This document shows positions 45,953 to 58,990 of a stretch of 64,000 bases of DNA, piece after piece. Both the position numbers and the translations under genes were made by a program. The notes below the pieces were generated by a model that was not told the origin of the DNA, did not search any database, and saw only the letters and a program-made list of their open reading frames with translations. Where the stretch lies: contig CAVUWA010000010.1 in assembly GCA_963744995.1 (NCBI GenBank), forward strand, positions 160,001-224,000, read 5' to 3'. Within the stretch, counting starts at the first letter, position 1, and each line of letters opens with the position of its first letter. This DNA is from Candidatus Eiseniibacteriota bacterium. Lineage in GTDB: Bacteria; Eisenbacteria; RBG-16-71-46.

Positions 45953-46908
45953 GCCGCCTCCGCGCGGATCGTTTCCAGCCGCTGCCCGATCTGGAGCCGC
46001 GCGCCACGCGCCCAGTCCGCCGCGCTCATCGCCGGGCGCGAGGCGGGCCGCACGCGCGTGAGGCGCAGCACGCCGCTCGCGCACGCCACCTCCACCCCGT
46101 CCGGCGTGATCGCCACGATGGCGCCCGGCGGGACGCCCGGGCTGCCGTTCCGCGCGGGCTCACAGGCTTCGATGCGCAGCGGATGGCCCGCGTGATCCAC
46201 CGTCGCCCCCGGCCACGGCGTCACCGCGCGCTGGCGGTTCCAGACCGTCTTCGCCTCCGCCTCGAACGAGAGCCAGCCGTCCCGCTTCTTCATCTTCTTC
46301 GCGTACGAGACGCCTGCGGCCGGCTGCGGCGTGCGCGGCGCCTTCCCCGCATGCGCGAGCGCGAGGCTCTCGGCGAGCAGCGGCGCCCCGAGCACGGCCA
46401 GCCGCGCCGACAGCTCGCCCGCGGTCTCGCCCGCTTCGATCGCCACCCTGCGCGTCAGGATCATGTCGCCGGTGTCGAGCCCTGCGTCCATCCACATCGT
46501 CGTCACTCCGGTCTCCTCGAGCCCGTCCCAGATCGCGCGCTGCACCGGCGCCGCGCCCCGGTAGGCCGGCAGCAGCGACCCGTGCAGGTTGATCGAGCCG
46601 AGCTTCGGCACCTCGAGCAGCTCGCGCCCGAGGATCCCGCCGAACGCCACCACCGCGAACAGGTCGGGGTGGAGCGACCGCAGGGTCGCCACGACGTCCG
46701 GCACGTTCACCTTTTCCGGTTTCAACACGGCGAACCCCAGCGCCGCGGCCTCCGCGCCGACATCCGATGGCTGGAGCGTCCGCCCGCGCCCGCGCCCGCG
46801 ATCGGGTTGCGTCACCACCGCGGCCACATCGCAGGTCTCGTGCACCGCGTGCAGCGACGGCACGGCGAAATCGGGCGTTCCCATGAACACCACGCGCGGC
46901 CGGCTCAG
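45949..46908 (-). CDS. fmt: Methionyl-tRNA formyltransferase (probable CTG start at 46908; alternative GTG 46893)
   Basis: VFMGTPDFA, VTQPDR, NLHGSLLPAYRGAAP, GLDTGD. Confidence 0.95.
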   Translation of the reverse strand: MSRPRVVFMGTPDFAVPSLHAVHETCDVAAVVTQPDRGRGRGRTLQPSDVGAEAAALGFAVLKPEKVNVPDVVATLRSLHPDLFAVVAFGGILGRELLEVPKLGSINLHGSLLPAYRGAAPVQRAIWDGLEETGVTTMWMDAGLDTGDMILTRRVAIEAGETAGELSARLAVLGAPLLAESLALAHAGKAPRTPQPAAGVSYAKKMKKRDGWLSFEAEAKTVWNRQRAVTPWPGATVDHAGHPLRIEACEPARNGSPGVPPGAIVAITPDGVEVACASGVLRLTRVRPASRPAMSAADWARGARLQIGQRLETIRAEAA

Positions 46909-47453
46909 ACTTCGCCTCCGTGCTCGCCCGGGTGATAGCCCTCGGGGATCTCGCCGCGGGCGAGCTGATCGAGTGCCTTCTTGAGGAACTGCCGCCTGAG
47001 CGGCGACAGGCGGTCGGTGAACAGGACGCCGTTCAGGTGGTCGTTCTCGTGCTGGATCGCCCGCGCCAGATAGTCGTTCGCCGTGAGTTCGATCGGATTG
47101 CCGAACACGTCGAACCCGCGAACCCGAATCTGCAGTGCGCGCGAGACGTCCTCGTAAATGCCCGGCATCGACAGGCAGCCCTCTTCGGCCGACTCCGAAC
47201 CCTCGCGCTGATCCAGCACCGGATTGACGATCGCCTGGCGCACGCGGCGCTCCTCGTCCACCGGGACGTCGATGACGAACACGCGCTGCAGCACGCCGAC
47301 CTGGTTCGCCGCGAGTCCGACACCCTGATAGGCGTGCATGGTCTCGAACATGTCCTCGACCAGCCTGCGCAGCGTGTCGTCGAACTCGGTCACGTCGGCG
47401 GCTTTGGTGCGCAGCGCCGGGTCGCCGTAGATGCGGACGGGACGGATCGCCAT
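46905..47453 (-). CDS. def: Peptide deformylase
   Basis: GVGLAANQVG, EGCLS, QHENDHLNG. Confidence 0.97.
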   Translation of the reverse strand: MAIRPVRIYGDPALRTKAADVTEFDDTLRRLVEDMFETMHAYQGVGLAANQVGVLQRVFVIDVPVDEERRVRQAIVNPVLDQREGSESAEEGCLSMPGIYEDVSRALQIRVRGFDVFGNPIELTANDYLARAIQHENDHLNGVLFTDRLSPLRRQFLKKALDQLARGEIPEGYHPGEHGGEV

Positions 47454-47773
47454 CAGGCCTCCGGCATCACCTGCACGATCGCGCTCTTCACGAACTCGAG
47501 CTTGGTGTTCTCGGCGACTTTCAGCACCGCCTTCTCGCCGTCCAAACCGACCACGGTGCCGTAGATCCCGCCGTTGGTGAGCACCCTGTCGCCCTTCTTG
47601 AGCGCGGAGATCATCGCCTCGGTCTTCTTCTTCTGCTGCTGCTGCGGCCGGATGATCAGGAAGTAGAGGATCAGGAAGATCGGCAGGAACTGCAGCAGCA
47701 TCAGCAGCGTGCTGACCATCGGATTGCCCTGTTGCGCGCCGCCCGCCGCCTGCGCCCATGCGTCAGTCCACAT
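47453..47773 (-). CDS. yajC: Preprotein translocase subunit YajC
   Basis: YFLIIRPQ, LKKGDRVLTNGGIYG. Confidence 0.95.
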   Translation of the reverse strand: MWTDAWAQAAGGAQQGNPMVSTLLMLLQFLPIFLILYFLIIRPQQQQKKKTEAMISALKKGDRVLTNGGIYGTVVGLDGEKAVLKVAENTKLEFVKSAIVQVMPEA

Positions 47774-47812
47774 CGTGCCTCCCCTGGTCGTTCGCGCGCC
47801 CCGCGCGCTCCG

Positions 47813-49053
<1,241 letters not shown>

Positions 49054-49164
49054 GGCGGGGCGGGCGGCTGGATCCGACGGCATTGCGGCTCCGGAAGCGG
49101 CCGCTCGCCGGGCGGCCGGGAGTGGCTTGCGCGGCCGCCCCGATCCATGGACGCTCGGGCCGTG

Positions 49165-49647
49165 ATGAAGCCCGTCTCTTCCACCCGGCTCCGCCCCGCC
49201 ACGGCGGCAGATGCCGCATTGCTGACGCAACTGCGCCGAGCCCTGTTCGACGACCTGGGCCGGGGCGCGGACGCCGAAGGCACGCTGGCGTTCGAGCGTG
49301 CGTGCGAGCCGGTGCTGGGCGAAGCGCTCGCGAACGGCACAGCGATGGCGTGGCTGGTGGAGGATCACGCGGGCGCCGCCGTCGCGACGGCCATGTTGCT
49401 CATCTTCCCGCGCCTGCCCACGCCGCGCGACCGGCGGGCCGCCGAGGGTTATCTGCTGGGCGTCTTCACGGTGCCCGCGTGGCGACGCCGGGGCCTCGCG
49501 CGAACGCTGGTCACCGCGGCCATCGAAGAGGCACGCCGTCTCGGTCTCGCCCGCGTGCGACTCAGCACTTCCGCAGAGGGCCGCGCGCTCTATGCGGCGC
49601 TCGGCTTCAGGGGCAACCCGAACGCCATGGAGCTGGTCCTCGGCTGA
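49165..49647 (+). CDS. GNAT family N-acetyltransferase
   Basis: VFTVPAWRRRGLA, GRALYAALGF; start 49147 or 49165. Confidence 0.85.
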   Translation: MKPVSSTRLRPATAADAALLTQLRRALFDDLGRGADAEGTLAFERACEPVLGEALANGTAMAWLVEDHAGAAVATAMLLIFPRLPTPRDRRAAEGYLLGVFTVPAWRRRGLARTLVTAAIEEARRLGLARVRLSTSAEGRALYAALGFRGNPNAMELVLG

Positions 49648-49725
49648 GTCCGCAGCGCCGTCGCAGTCGGCCTGCGCGGCCGGCGTGCGGTTGCAACTCG
49701 TTTCCAGGCTGTCCATTGCGGATCG

Positions 49726-49752
49726 GGTCGAAATCCGGCTCCCCCGTTCGTC
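49726..49752 (+). promoter_or_regulatory. ECF42-like promoter GGTCGA-N17-CGTC
   Basis: Resembles the ECF42 consensus (TGTCGA / CG(A/T)C); upstream of doxX-DGPF-DGPF-ECF. Confidence 0.5.
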
Positions 49753-49806
49753 GTAAGGGTGGAAGCCGGATGGGCCGGCTTCCGACCCGAACGAAGGGAG
49801 CCTGCC

Positions 49807-50214
49807 ATGTCGACCCTCTCCAGGAAGCGCCGCATCGCCCTCTGGATCCTCCAGGGACTGCTCGCCGCCCTGTTCCTGTTCGCCGGCGGTTTCAAGCTCG
49901 CGATGCCGCTCGACGAGCTGGCCCGCACCGCGTCCATGAACGGCATGTTCCTCAAGTTCATCGGCCTGTGCGAGGTCGCGGGCGGGCTCGGGCTGGTGCT
50001 GCCCGGGCTGTTCCGCGTCCGCACCGGCCTCACGCCGCTGGCGGCGGCGGGGCTCGTGATCATCATGATCGGCGCGACCGTCACGACGCTGGCGACGCAG
50101 GGCGCGGCTCCCGCTATCTTCCCGTGCGTGGTGGGCGTGCTCGCGGCGGTGGTGGCGGTGGGGCGCCGGCAGCCCGCCTCGCGGCCGGCGGCGACCCTCG
50201 CGCGGGCCGCCTGA
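49807..50214 (+). CDS. DoxX-like family membrane protein
   Basis: LWILQGLLAALFLFAG..K, FIGLCEVAGGLGLVLP, LTPLAAAGL. Confidence 0.88.
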   Translation: MSTLSRKRRIALWILQGLLAALFLFAGGFKLAMPLDELARTASMNGMFLKFIGLCEVAGGLGLVLPGLFRVRTGLTPLAAAGLVIIMIGATVTTLATQGAAPAIFPCVVGVLAAVVAVGRRQPASRPAATLARAA

Positions 50215-50294
50215 GCTGGCGCTCGAAACCCGGAGATTCGATCCCGACTGAGGCCGGAAGACGGCCGGATTTCAGACCCTGAGGAGAACAGACG

Positions 50295-50681
50295 ATGCGC
50301 TTCATGATGCTGGTGATTCCGAAAGCCTACGAGACCGCGACCGCGGACTTCGTGCCCCCTGCCGAACTCGTGGCGAAGATGACGAAGTACAACGAATCGC
50401 TGGAAAAGGCCGGTGTGCTGCTGAGTCTCGACGGGCTGCATCCGCCGGCGAAAGCCGCCCGCGTCGAGTTCGGCAGGGACCGGTCCCACGTGGTGGACGG
50501 ACCCTTCGCGGAGTCCAAGGAGCTGATCGGCGGCTACTGGGTGATCCAGGCCCGCTCGCGCGAAGAGGCGATCGAGTGGGCGAAGCGAGCGCCGATGCTG
50601 GAGGGCGACATCATCGAGGTGCGCCAGATCCAGGAAATCGACGAGTTCCCGCCGGACGTCCAGAAGGCCGCGGGGAGGTGA
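50295..50681 (+). CDS. YciI/DGPF family protein
   Basis: VVDGPFAESKELIGGYW, IEVR. Confidence 0.93.
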   Translation: MRFMMLVIPKAYETATADFVPPAELVAKMTKYNESLEKAGVLLSLDGLHPPAKAARVEFGRDRSHVVDGPFAESKELIGGYWVIQARSREEAIEWAKRAPMLEGDIIEVRQIQEIDEFPPDVQKAAGR

Positions 50682-50683
50682 CC

Positions 50684-51045
50684 ATGCGATTCCTGTCGAT
50701 CATCCGTGCGGCGGAGAACCAGGGCGCGCCGCCGCAGGCGACTCATGGACGCCATGGGCCCGTTCGTCGCCGAATCGCTGAAGAACGGATCGGTCGTGCA
50801 GACCGGCGGGCTCGCCAGGAGCGCCGCGGGGTTCCGGATCCGCATGTCGGGCGGGAGGCTCACCGTCACCGACGGCCCGTTCGCCGAGAGCAAGGAAGTG
50901 ATCGGCGGCTACGCGCTCATCGCCGCCGACACCCGGGAGGCGGCCGTCGAGACCACCCGCGCGTTCATGCAGCTCCACCTGGATCACTGGCCCGAGTGGG
51001 AAGGCGAGTGCGAGGTGCGCGAGGTGGTAGTTCCTGGCGCCGTGA
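50684..51045 (+). CDS. YciI/DGPF family protein, frameshifted as sequenced (extra bases ~50741 and ~51029)
   Basis: MRFLSIIR..; TDGPFAESKEVIGGYA; removing two bases gives ..PPQALMDAM.. and ..EVREVVFLAP* overlapping the sigma GTG. Confidence 0.8.
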
Positions 51046-52320
51046 GCGAAGCGACGCATCGCGCGATCGAGGCGGTCTGGCGAATCGAGTCGGCGCGCGT
51101 GATCGCCACGCTCGCGCGCGTGGTCGGCGACGTGGGGCTCGCGGAGGACCTCGCGCAGGACGCGCTGGTCGCCGCCCTCGAGAAGTGGCCGGCGGCCGGC
51201 GTTCCGGACCGCCCCGGCGCGTGGCTGATGGCGACGGCGAAGCGCCGCGCGCTGGATCACCTGAGGCGCTACAGAATGATCGAACGAAAACACGGCGAGC
51301 TGGGCGCCGAGATCGAATCGCGGCGCGACGATCCGGAGGCGGCTTCCGACGCGGCGCTCGACGATCCGGTCGGCGACGATCTGCTCGCGCTGATCTTCAC
51401 CACCTGTCATCCGTCGCTCTCGATCGAGGCACGCGTGGCGCTCACGCTGCGGCTGCTGGGCGGGCTCACCACCGCGGAGATCGCGCGCGCCTACCTGGTG
51501 CCGGAACCGACCGTGGCGCAGCGCATCGTGCGGGCCAAGAAGACGCTCACGAAGGAACGGGCCGGGTTCGAGGTCGCCGCGCGGCGAAGCGCTCGCCGCA
51601 CGGCTGCCGTCGGTGCTCGAGGCGATCTACCTGATCTTCAACGAGGGCTACAGCGCGACCGCGGGCGACGACTGGATGCGTCCGGCGCTGTGCGAGGACG
51701 CGCTCCGGCTCGGGCGCATCCTCGCGGGACTGATGCCCGATGAGCCCGAGGTGCACGGACTCGTCGCGCTGATGGAGATCCAGGCCTCGCGCACCCACGC
51801 GCGCACCGACTCGCACGGCGAGCCGGTGCTGCTGCTCGAGCAGAACCGCAGCCTGTGGAATCCGCTGTTCGTGCGGCGCGGCTTCGCCGGGCTCGAGCGC
51901 ATCGCCGCGCTGGGCGGGGCCCGGGGACCGTACGCGCTGCAGGCCGCGATCGCCGCCTGTCATGCGCAGGCGCGCACCGCCGAAGCGACCGACTGGGAAC
52001 GCATCGTGGTGCTCTACGGCGAACTCGCAAAGGTGTCGCCATCACCGATCGTGGATCTCAACCGCGCGGTGGCCGTGAGCTTCGCCTACGGCCCGGCGGC
52101 CGCGCTCGAGCAGATCGACGCGCTGGTCGCGGGCGGCGCGCTCTCCGGGTACCACCTGCTGCCGTCCGTGCGCGGCGACCTGCTCGGGAAGCTCGGGCGG
52201 CTGGACGAGGCACGCGTGGCGTTCGAACGGGCCGCTTCGCTCACCCGGAACGAGCGCGAGCGGGCGCTGCTGCGCTCGCGTGCGGCGGATTGCGCGGCGG
52301 GTCGGCGGCCGTCCCGGTAG
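51042..52320 (+). CDS. ECF sigma factor with C-terminal TPR-like extension (ECF42-like), frameshifted as sequenced (~51575)
   Basis: AEDLAQDAL, CHPSL..ALTLRLLGGL, AQRIVRAK; continues YLIFNEGY, GPYALQAAIAACHA; one-base removal gives FEVPRGEAL. Confidence 0.85.
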
Positions 52321-52366
52321 ACGACGCCGCGCGCTCGCCGCATCGGCCGGCCCCGGTCGCCCCGGG

Positions 52367-53079
52367 CTACCGCCACCTCGCGCTCCCCCATCCGGCGCCG
52401 CGCCCGGTCCAGGTCTGCAGCTCGACCGGGATGTGACCGGTGTCGCTGAACGCCGCAACCTTGAAGGTGCCGTCGGCGCGGATCGCGATGACGGTGATCG
52501 AGGCGTTGCCGATGTCCATGCGCTGCCAGTTTCGCGAGTCGTCGTTCAGCGCACGCGCCACCATCCAGCGGATCACGTTGCCGTGGCAGACCAGCACGTC
52601 GCGCCGGTCGGAGTCGGGCGAGGCCACGGCGTACTTGCGCCAGGCGGCCGTCAGGTTCGAGTCGCACCACGCGATCTCCGCGGGCGGCTCGTGGGCCATG
52701 TAGTCGACGCGCTCCGAGGTCGGGCCGCACTCGTGGATCAGCGTGTCGACCACCGCCGTCAACCCGAGCATCGGTGCGATCATGTCGGCGGTTTCGCTCG
52801 CCCGGCGGTACGGACTGGTGATCAGCGCGTCCGGTTTGCGCGGCAGCGCGGCGAGCCGCTCGCCGACGAGGCGGGCCTGCTCGCGGCCCAGCTCGTTGAG
52901 CCCGAGCGCCGCGATCGGACTGGCGCCGCGCTCGTAGTCGTAGTCGCCGTGGCGGATCAGGTAGAGGTAATGGACGCCGGAACGTGACGTGCGGTTCTGC
53001 TGCGCGGCCGCCGCGCGCGACGGGACGAGCGCGGCAGACCGCCGCGAGCGCGAAGGCCGGGAATGTGCGGACGTGTCAT
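52367..53079 (-). CDS. Secreted histidine phosphatase (phosphoglycerate mutase family); signal-peptide region frameshifted as sequenced
   Basis: LIRHG, GLNELGREQA, TSPYRRASET, VCHGNVIR; two one-base removals restore MTRPHIPAFALAAVCALVPSRAAAA from ATG 53079 (GGAGG RBS). Confidence 0.8.
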
Positions 53080-53793
53080 GATGGACCTCCAGCGGATACG
53101 GAATCTCCCAGCGCCTTCGCCGCCGCGGCGCGTGCGAGCAGCCGCGTCGAGTCGAGCACCGGCAGCGACGAGGCATCGGGCGTGACGAGCAGCGGAATCT
53201 CGGTGCACGCGAGCGCGACCGCATCGCAGCCTTCGCCCTTCATGCGTCCGATGATCCGCAGCGTACCGCCGCGCGAGTCGTCTTCGACCACCCCCTGGCA
53301 CAGCTCCTCGAAGATGATGCGGTCGATGGTCGGCGCGTTCCTCCGACTGCGGGAATCGGCCAGGCCGACGCCGGCGCGTGCAAACGCCGCCGGGTACGCG
53401 GGGCCTTCCATCGTCCAGCGCGTCCCGAGCAGCGCGACCCTCCTGCGGCCGTCCGCCTGTGCCTGCCGCGCGACGATGTCGGCGATGTGCAGACCCGGAA
53501 TCGGATACGGCGCCGTCGCCGCGTCGATCGCGACGTGCGCGGTGTTGTCGGGGCAGACGTAGAAGTCGCAGCCGGCGTCGGCGAGCCGCCGGCAGGTGCG
53601 CCCGAGGTGCGCGTTCACCGCAGCGAGCTCGCCCCGGTCGTAGGCGTCCAGCACGTCGCCCATCGGCAGGATCGAGAGCGTGATCTCGGGGTGCCGGTGG
53701 GCGCCGAGCCGGCGCGCGCTCTCGCGCATCGATCTCGAGGAAACACAGCGCCGCGCCGTCGGCGGAGTGGGCGAGGATGCCGATGTGTTGCAT
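53076..53793 (-). CDS. Aspartate/glutamate racemase family protein, frameshifted as sequenced (~53730)
   Basis: MQHIGILAHS; CPDNTAH, LLGTRWTM, IIFEELCQG, LACTEIPL, DSTRL. Confidence 0.85.
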
Positions 53794-53855
53794 GCGGAGC
53801 ATTGTAGGACGGCGTGGCGTGGACGGATACCCGGGGGACCCGCCCCGAGCGCCCG

Positions 53856-56066
53856 TCACCGCTCCGGGCCCGCATCCTCCCGCAGCGCCGCCGCCTGCTC
53901 CAGGATCGAGACGAACTCGGCACTCGGCTCGTCGCCGAGCTGCGCGGCGGCGCTGCGCGCCACCGGCAACACGTCGGCGATCCGGCTCTCCTTTGCCCAG
54001 TAGCTCCCGCGCAGGATCTCGGCAAACTCGGCCACCGCGGCATCGAGCCGGAAATGGGGCGATGCGTTCTGGAACCAGCGTTCCAGCGCAGCCGCGTCGA
54101 GGCGCTCCTCGATCTCACGCACGTCGGGTGCGCCGGCAGTCTCGTGATCCGGGCGTGCGTAACGGAACCGCACCGTGGCGATCGTGCCGCGTTTCACGCC
54201 CGGCGCGAGCTTGACCTCGTAGAGCGCGGTGACTTCGTGACCGGCGCCGATCTCGCCCGCATCCACTTTGTCGTTGCGGAAGTCGCGGTCGGCGATGTCG
54301 CGATTCTCGAAACCGAGCAGCCGGTAACGCAGTACCCGCGTGGAGTCGAACTCGACCTGCACCTTCGCGTCCTGCGCGATGGTCTGGAGCGTGCCGGTCA
54401 GATGGTCCGCGAGCACCCGGCGCGCTTCGTCGAGGTCGTCCACGTAGTAGTGATTGCCGTCGCCGCGGTCCGCGAGCTGTTCCATCAGGACGTCGTTGTA
54501 GTTCCCCATCCCGAATCCGATCGTCGTCAGCCGGATGCCGCGATCCGCTTCGCGACGGACCCGGGCGAGGATCGACTCGGGACCGGTACGGCCCACGTTG
54601 GCGACGCCGTCCGAGCACAGCACGATCCGGTTGATCGCTCCCTGCCGGTACATGCGCCGCGCCATCTCGTATCCGAGCTGGAGACCGTCTTCCGCGTTGG
54701 TGCTGCCCCCGGGCACGAGTTGGTCGATGGCGTCGAGGACGCGCCTCCGCGCCTCGGGAGAGTCATCGCCCTGCCCGCCGAGCGGCATGGGCTCGAGGAC
54801 GTCACGCCCCGTCGATCCGTAGACGACGATCCCGACCTGGTCATCGCCATGCAGGCGATCCAGCAGCAGGTGCAGCGTGCGTTTGACCAGCCCCAGCCGG
54901 TTCTCGCGCGCCATCGAGCCCGAGACATCGATCACGAACGTCAACCGGACGGGCTTGCGATCGGCGTCGTCGACCTCGCGGCCCTTGATGCCGACGCGCA
55001 ACAGCTGGTACCCGGAACCGAAGGGAGACGGTGCGCCCTCCATCAGGATCCGGAAGTCCTCGTGCTCGAAGTGCGGATAGCCCTGCGGGAAGAAGTTCAC
55101 GAACTCTTCCACGCGCACCGCGTCCGCAGGCGGCAGGTGTCCGAGGCTGACGTAGCGGCGCATCACGGTGTACGAGGCGGCGTCGACGTCCACCGCGAAC
55201 GTGGACAGCGGATCCTCGTCGGTCGCGATGAACGGGTTGACGCCGTAGTTCCGGAAGAACATCGAGTCGTAAGGCTCGTCGTTGGGCAGTCGCGTGCCAC
55301 CCGTGGTGGGAACGACCGGCGGTGGCGCGGGGACGCTCCGGGCGGACGGAGGACTCGGGGGACCGCCGCGATACAGGGCCTTCGTCTCGCCCCAGGCGCG
55401 AGTGCCTGGTGCGGGCGGACGAGGGAGCGGACTGGGGAGTGGCGCGGGCGGCTTGCCGACGGCCGCGCGCTGGCCGTCGGCGCGGTCCCCGGCCGGTTCC
55501 CTCGCAGGCAGCGTCTCCTCGCCCGAGCGCCCGCCACGCACGTGCAGGTTCCCGTCCTGCGCCACGACGCCCGCTTTGACGGCGACGGCTTCGCGCAGGT
55601 TGTCGACCGGCAGCTTCTCGAGCTGCTCGGCGGAAATCCGCGGCTCGGTCGTGGAGGGCTGCGGCTCGATCAGCGCAGCCTCGAGGGCGCGCCTCGGCAG
55701 CGCCCTGGGCGGAACCGCCCGGGGGGGCCCGGGCTGGGGAAGCGTGCCGACGACACCGGCGCCCGGCGCATCGCCCGGCGCGGCGCGGTCCGGGGCCACC
55801 GGCCGATCGGTTTCGCCGGGGGTCTCGATCTGACCGGTGCGCCGGGCGACGGGTGAAGACTTCCCGGCCGGAGGGACCTGCGGCGCGCGTTCCAGCATCG
55901 AGATCGCCACCACCACGGCCGCCAGGGCCACCGCTCCGGCCGTCGCGGCGACCAGCCAGCGCTGCAGCCCGCCCGTCGCGTGCCCGCGCCCGGCCAGGTC
56001 GTTCCAGATCGCTCGACGCTCTTCCGCAGTCAGCGTCTCCGCATGCCGTTCGAAGAGGTCTCTCAT
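53856..56066 (-). CDS. YfbK-like VWA/DUF3520 membrane protein, putative anti-sigma
   Basis: Short cytoplasmic N-terminus + TM; PLSTFAVDVDAASY, VRVEEFVNFF, MIDAS DVSGS, SDGVANVG, DAGEIGAGHEVTALYE. Confidence 0.9.
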   Translation of the reverse strand: MRDLFERHAETLTAEERRAIWNDLAGRGHATGGLQRWLVAATAGAVALAAVVVAISMLERAPQVPPAGKSSPVARRTGQIETPGETDRPVAPDRAAPGDAPGAGVVGTLPQPGPPRAVPPRALPRRALEAALIEPQPSTTEPRISAEQLEKLPVDNLREAVAVKAGVVAQDGNLHVRGGRSGEETLPAREPAGDRADGQRAAVGKPPAPLPSPLPRPPAPGTRAWGETKALYRGGPPSPPSARSVPAPPPVVPTTGGTRLPNDEPYDSMFFRNYGVNPFIATDEDPLSTFAVDVDAASYTVMRRYVSLGHLPPADAVRVEEFVNFFPQGYPHFEHEDFRILMEGAPSPFGSGYQLLRVGIKGREVDDADRKPVRLTFVIDVSGSMARENRLGLVKRTLHLLLDRLHGDDQVGIVVYGSTGRDVLEPMPLGGQGDDSPEARRRVLDAIDQLVPGGSTNAEDGLQLGYEMARRMYRQGAINRIVLCSDGVANVGRTGPESILARVRREADRGIRLTTIGFGMGNYNDVLMEQLADRGDGNHYYVDDLDEARRVLADHLTGTLQTIAQDAKVQVEFDSTRVLRYRLLGFENRDIADRDFRNDKVDAGEIGAGHEVTALYEVKLAPGVKRGTIATVRFRYARPDHETAGAPDVREIEERLDAAALERWFQNASPHFRLDAAVAEFAEILRGSYWAKESRIADVLPVARSAAAQLGDEPSAEFVSILEQAAALREDAGPER

Positions 56067-56650
56067 GTCTCCTGTCCTTCCCAGCCGCCCTCCACGAGGG
56101 GCCGTGTTCCACCAGCCAGGTGCGCCCGCATGCGTTCGCGCGCGCGGGTGTGATGGACGCGTGCAGTGCTCTCGGCGCAGTGGAGCACCTGCGCGATCTC
56201 CCGGAAGCTCAGGCCTTCCCACTCGCGCAGCAGCAGAGCCGAGCGCTGGTGGCGGGAGAGCTTCCGGAGCGCGCGATACAGGGCGTCCCGCTCCGCGGCG
56301 AACTGCACGCCCCGCGTCTCGGATTCGACTCGCGCATCCGGCGCCTCGAGCCGCGTCGTCCGCCTGAGGCGACGCAGGAATACGCGCTTCCAGTCGATCG
56401 AACGTCCGAGGGCGATGGACCTCAGCCAGACCCCGATGGGCGCTTCGCCCCGATAGGTCTCCAGCCGACGGAACGCCTGCAAGTAGGTCTCCTGCAGGAC
56501 GTCACGGGCCTCTTCGCGATCGCCGATCTGGTAGCAGAGAAAGGCGAACAGGCGATCGCAGGTCGAGTCGTAGATGACTCGCCAGGCGGCGGCGTCCCCC
56601 CTTCTGGCACGTTCCGCCAGATCGTGGTCGGACCGGAGATCTGTCGTCAT
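56063..56650 (-). CDS. ECF RNA polymerase sigma factor
   Basis: DVLQETYL, WLRSIA, region 4 LLREWEGLSFREIAQVL; AAGGAG RBS. Confidence 0.92.
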   Translation of the reverse strand: MTTDLRSDHDLAERARRGDAAAWRVIYDSTCDRLFAFLCYQIGDREEARDVLQETYLQAFRRLETYRGEAPIGVWLRSIALGRSIDWKRVFLRRLRRTTRLEAPDARVESETRGVQFAAERDALYRALRKLSRHQRSALLLREWEGLSFREIAQVLHCAESTARVHHTRARERMRAHLAGGTRPLVEGGWEGQET

Positions 56651-56755
56651 CGGCTCCTTCGATTCTCCCGGCACGCCTGTATGGTCGAGGCTACGGGCAG
56701 ATTCGCTTACCCGGAAGGGAAACGCGGTGGAGGTCGGCCGCTGCGCGGCGGCCCC

Positions 56756-56784
56756 TTGACCCCCGCCCACCTCCTGCCTAGACT
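56756..56784 (+). promoter_or_regulatory. Sigma70-like promoter TTGACC-N17-TAGACT for the acpS operon
   Basis: Near-consensus hexamers 40 nt upstream of acpS. Confidence 0.65.
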
Positions 56785-56824
56785 GCCATCTTCAAGTCTT
56801 TCAGGCGCTTACGAAGGGACCCCC

Positions 56825-57198
56825 GTGTCGGTCAAAGGCATCGGCATCGACGTCGTGAAGGTCGGGCGCATCACCGATTCGCTCGAGCGCTTCGGTGAGC
56901 GGTTCGAGCGGCGCATCTTCACCGAGGGCGAGCTGGCCTACTGCCGTGGCCACAAGGATCCACTACCCCACCTGGCCGCCCGTTTCGCCGCGAAGGAGGC
57001 ACTCTCGAAGGCGATCGGTACGGGATTCTCGAACGGGGTGAGCTGGAAGCAGGTCGAGGTGATCCAGCCGGGTGGCCGCAGACCGGCGCTGCAGCTCACC
57101 GGGCGCGCGCTGGAGATCTTCCATTCGCAGGGCTGCACGTCGTCGCACCTCTCGCTCACGCATGACGGCGGTCTGGCGATCGCGTGTGTGGTGATCGA

Positions 57199-57202
<4 letters not shown>
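56825..57202 (+). CDS. acpS: Holo-[acyl-carrier-protein] synthase
   Basis: GIGIDVV, RIFTEGE, ARFAAKEA, LSLTHD. Confidence 0.95.
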
Positions 57203-58935
<1,733 letters not shown>

Positions 58936-58990
58936 ACGCCCGTGCGGGGTCGCTGCCGGCGGCGCGCGCGAACGCGCCGAAGGAGAGCCG

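Noticed and set aside
50706..51743. YciI-sigma factor fusion protein
   Set aside because: Created by the extra base at ~51029; removing it restores a stop overlapping the sigma GTG
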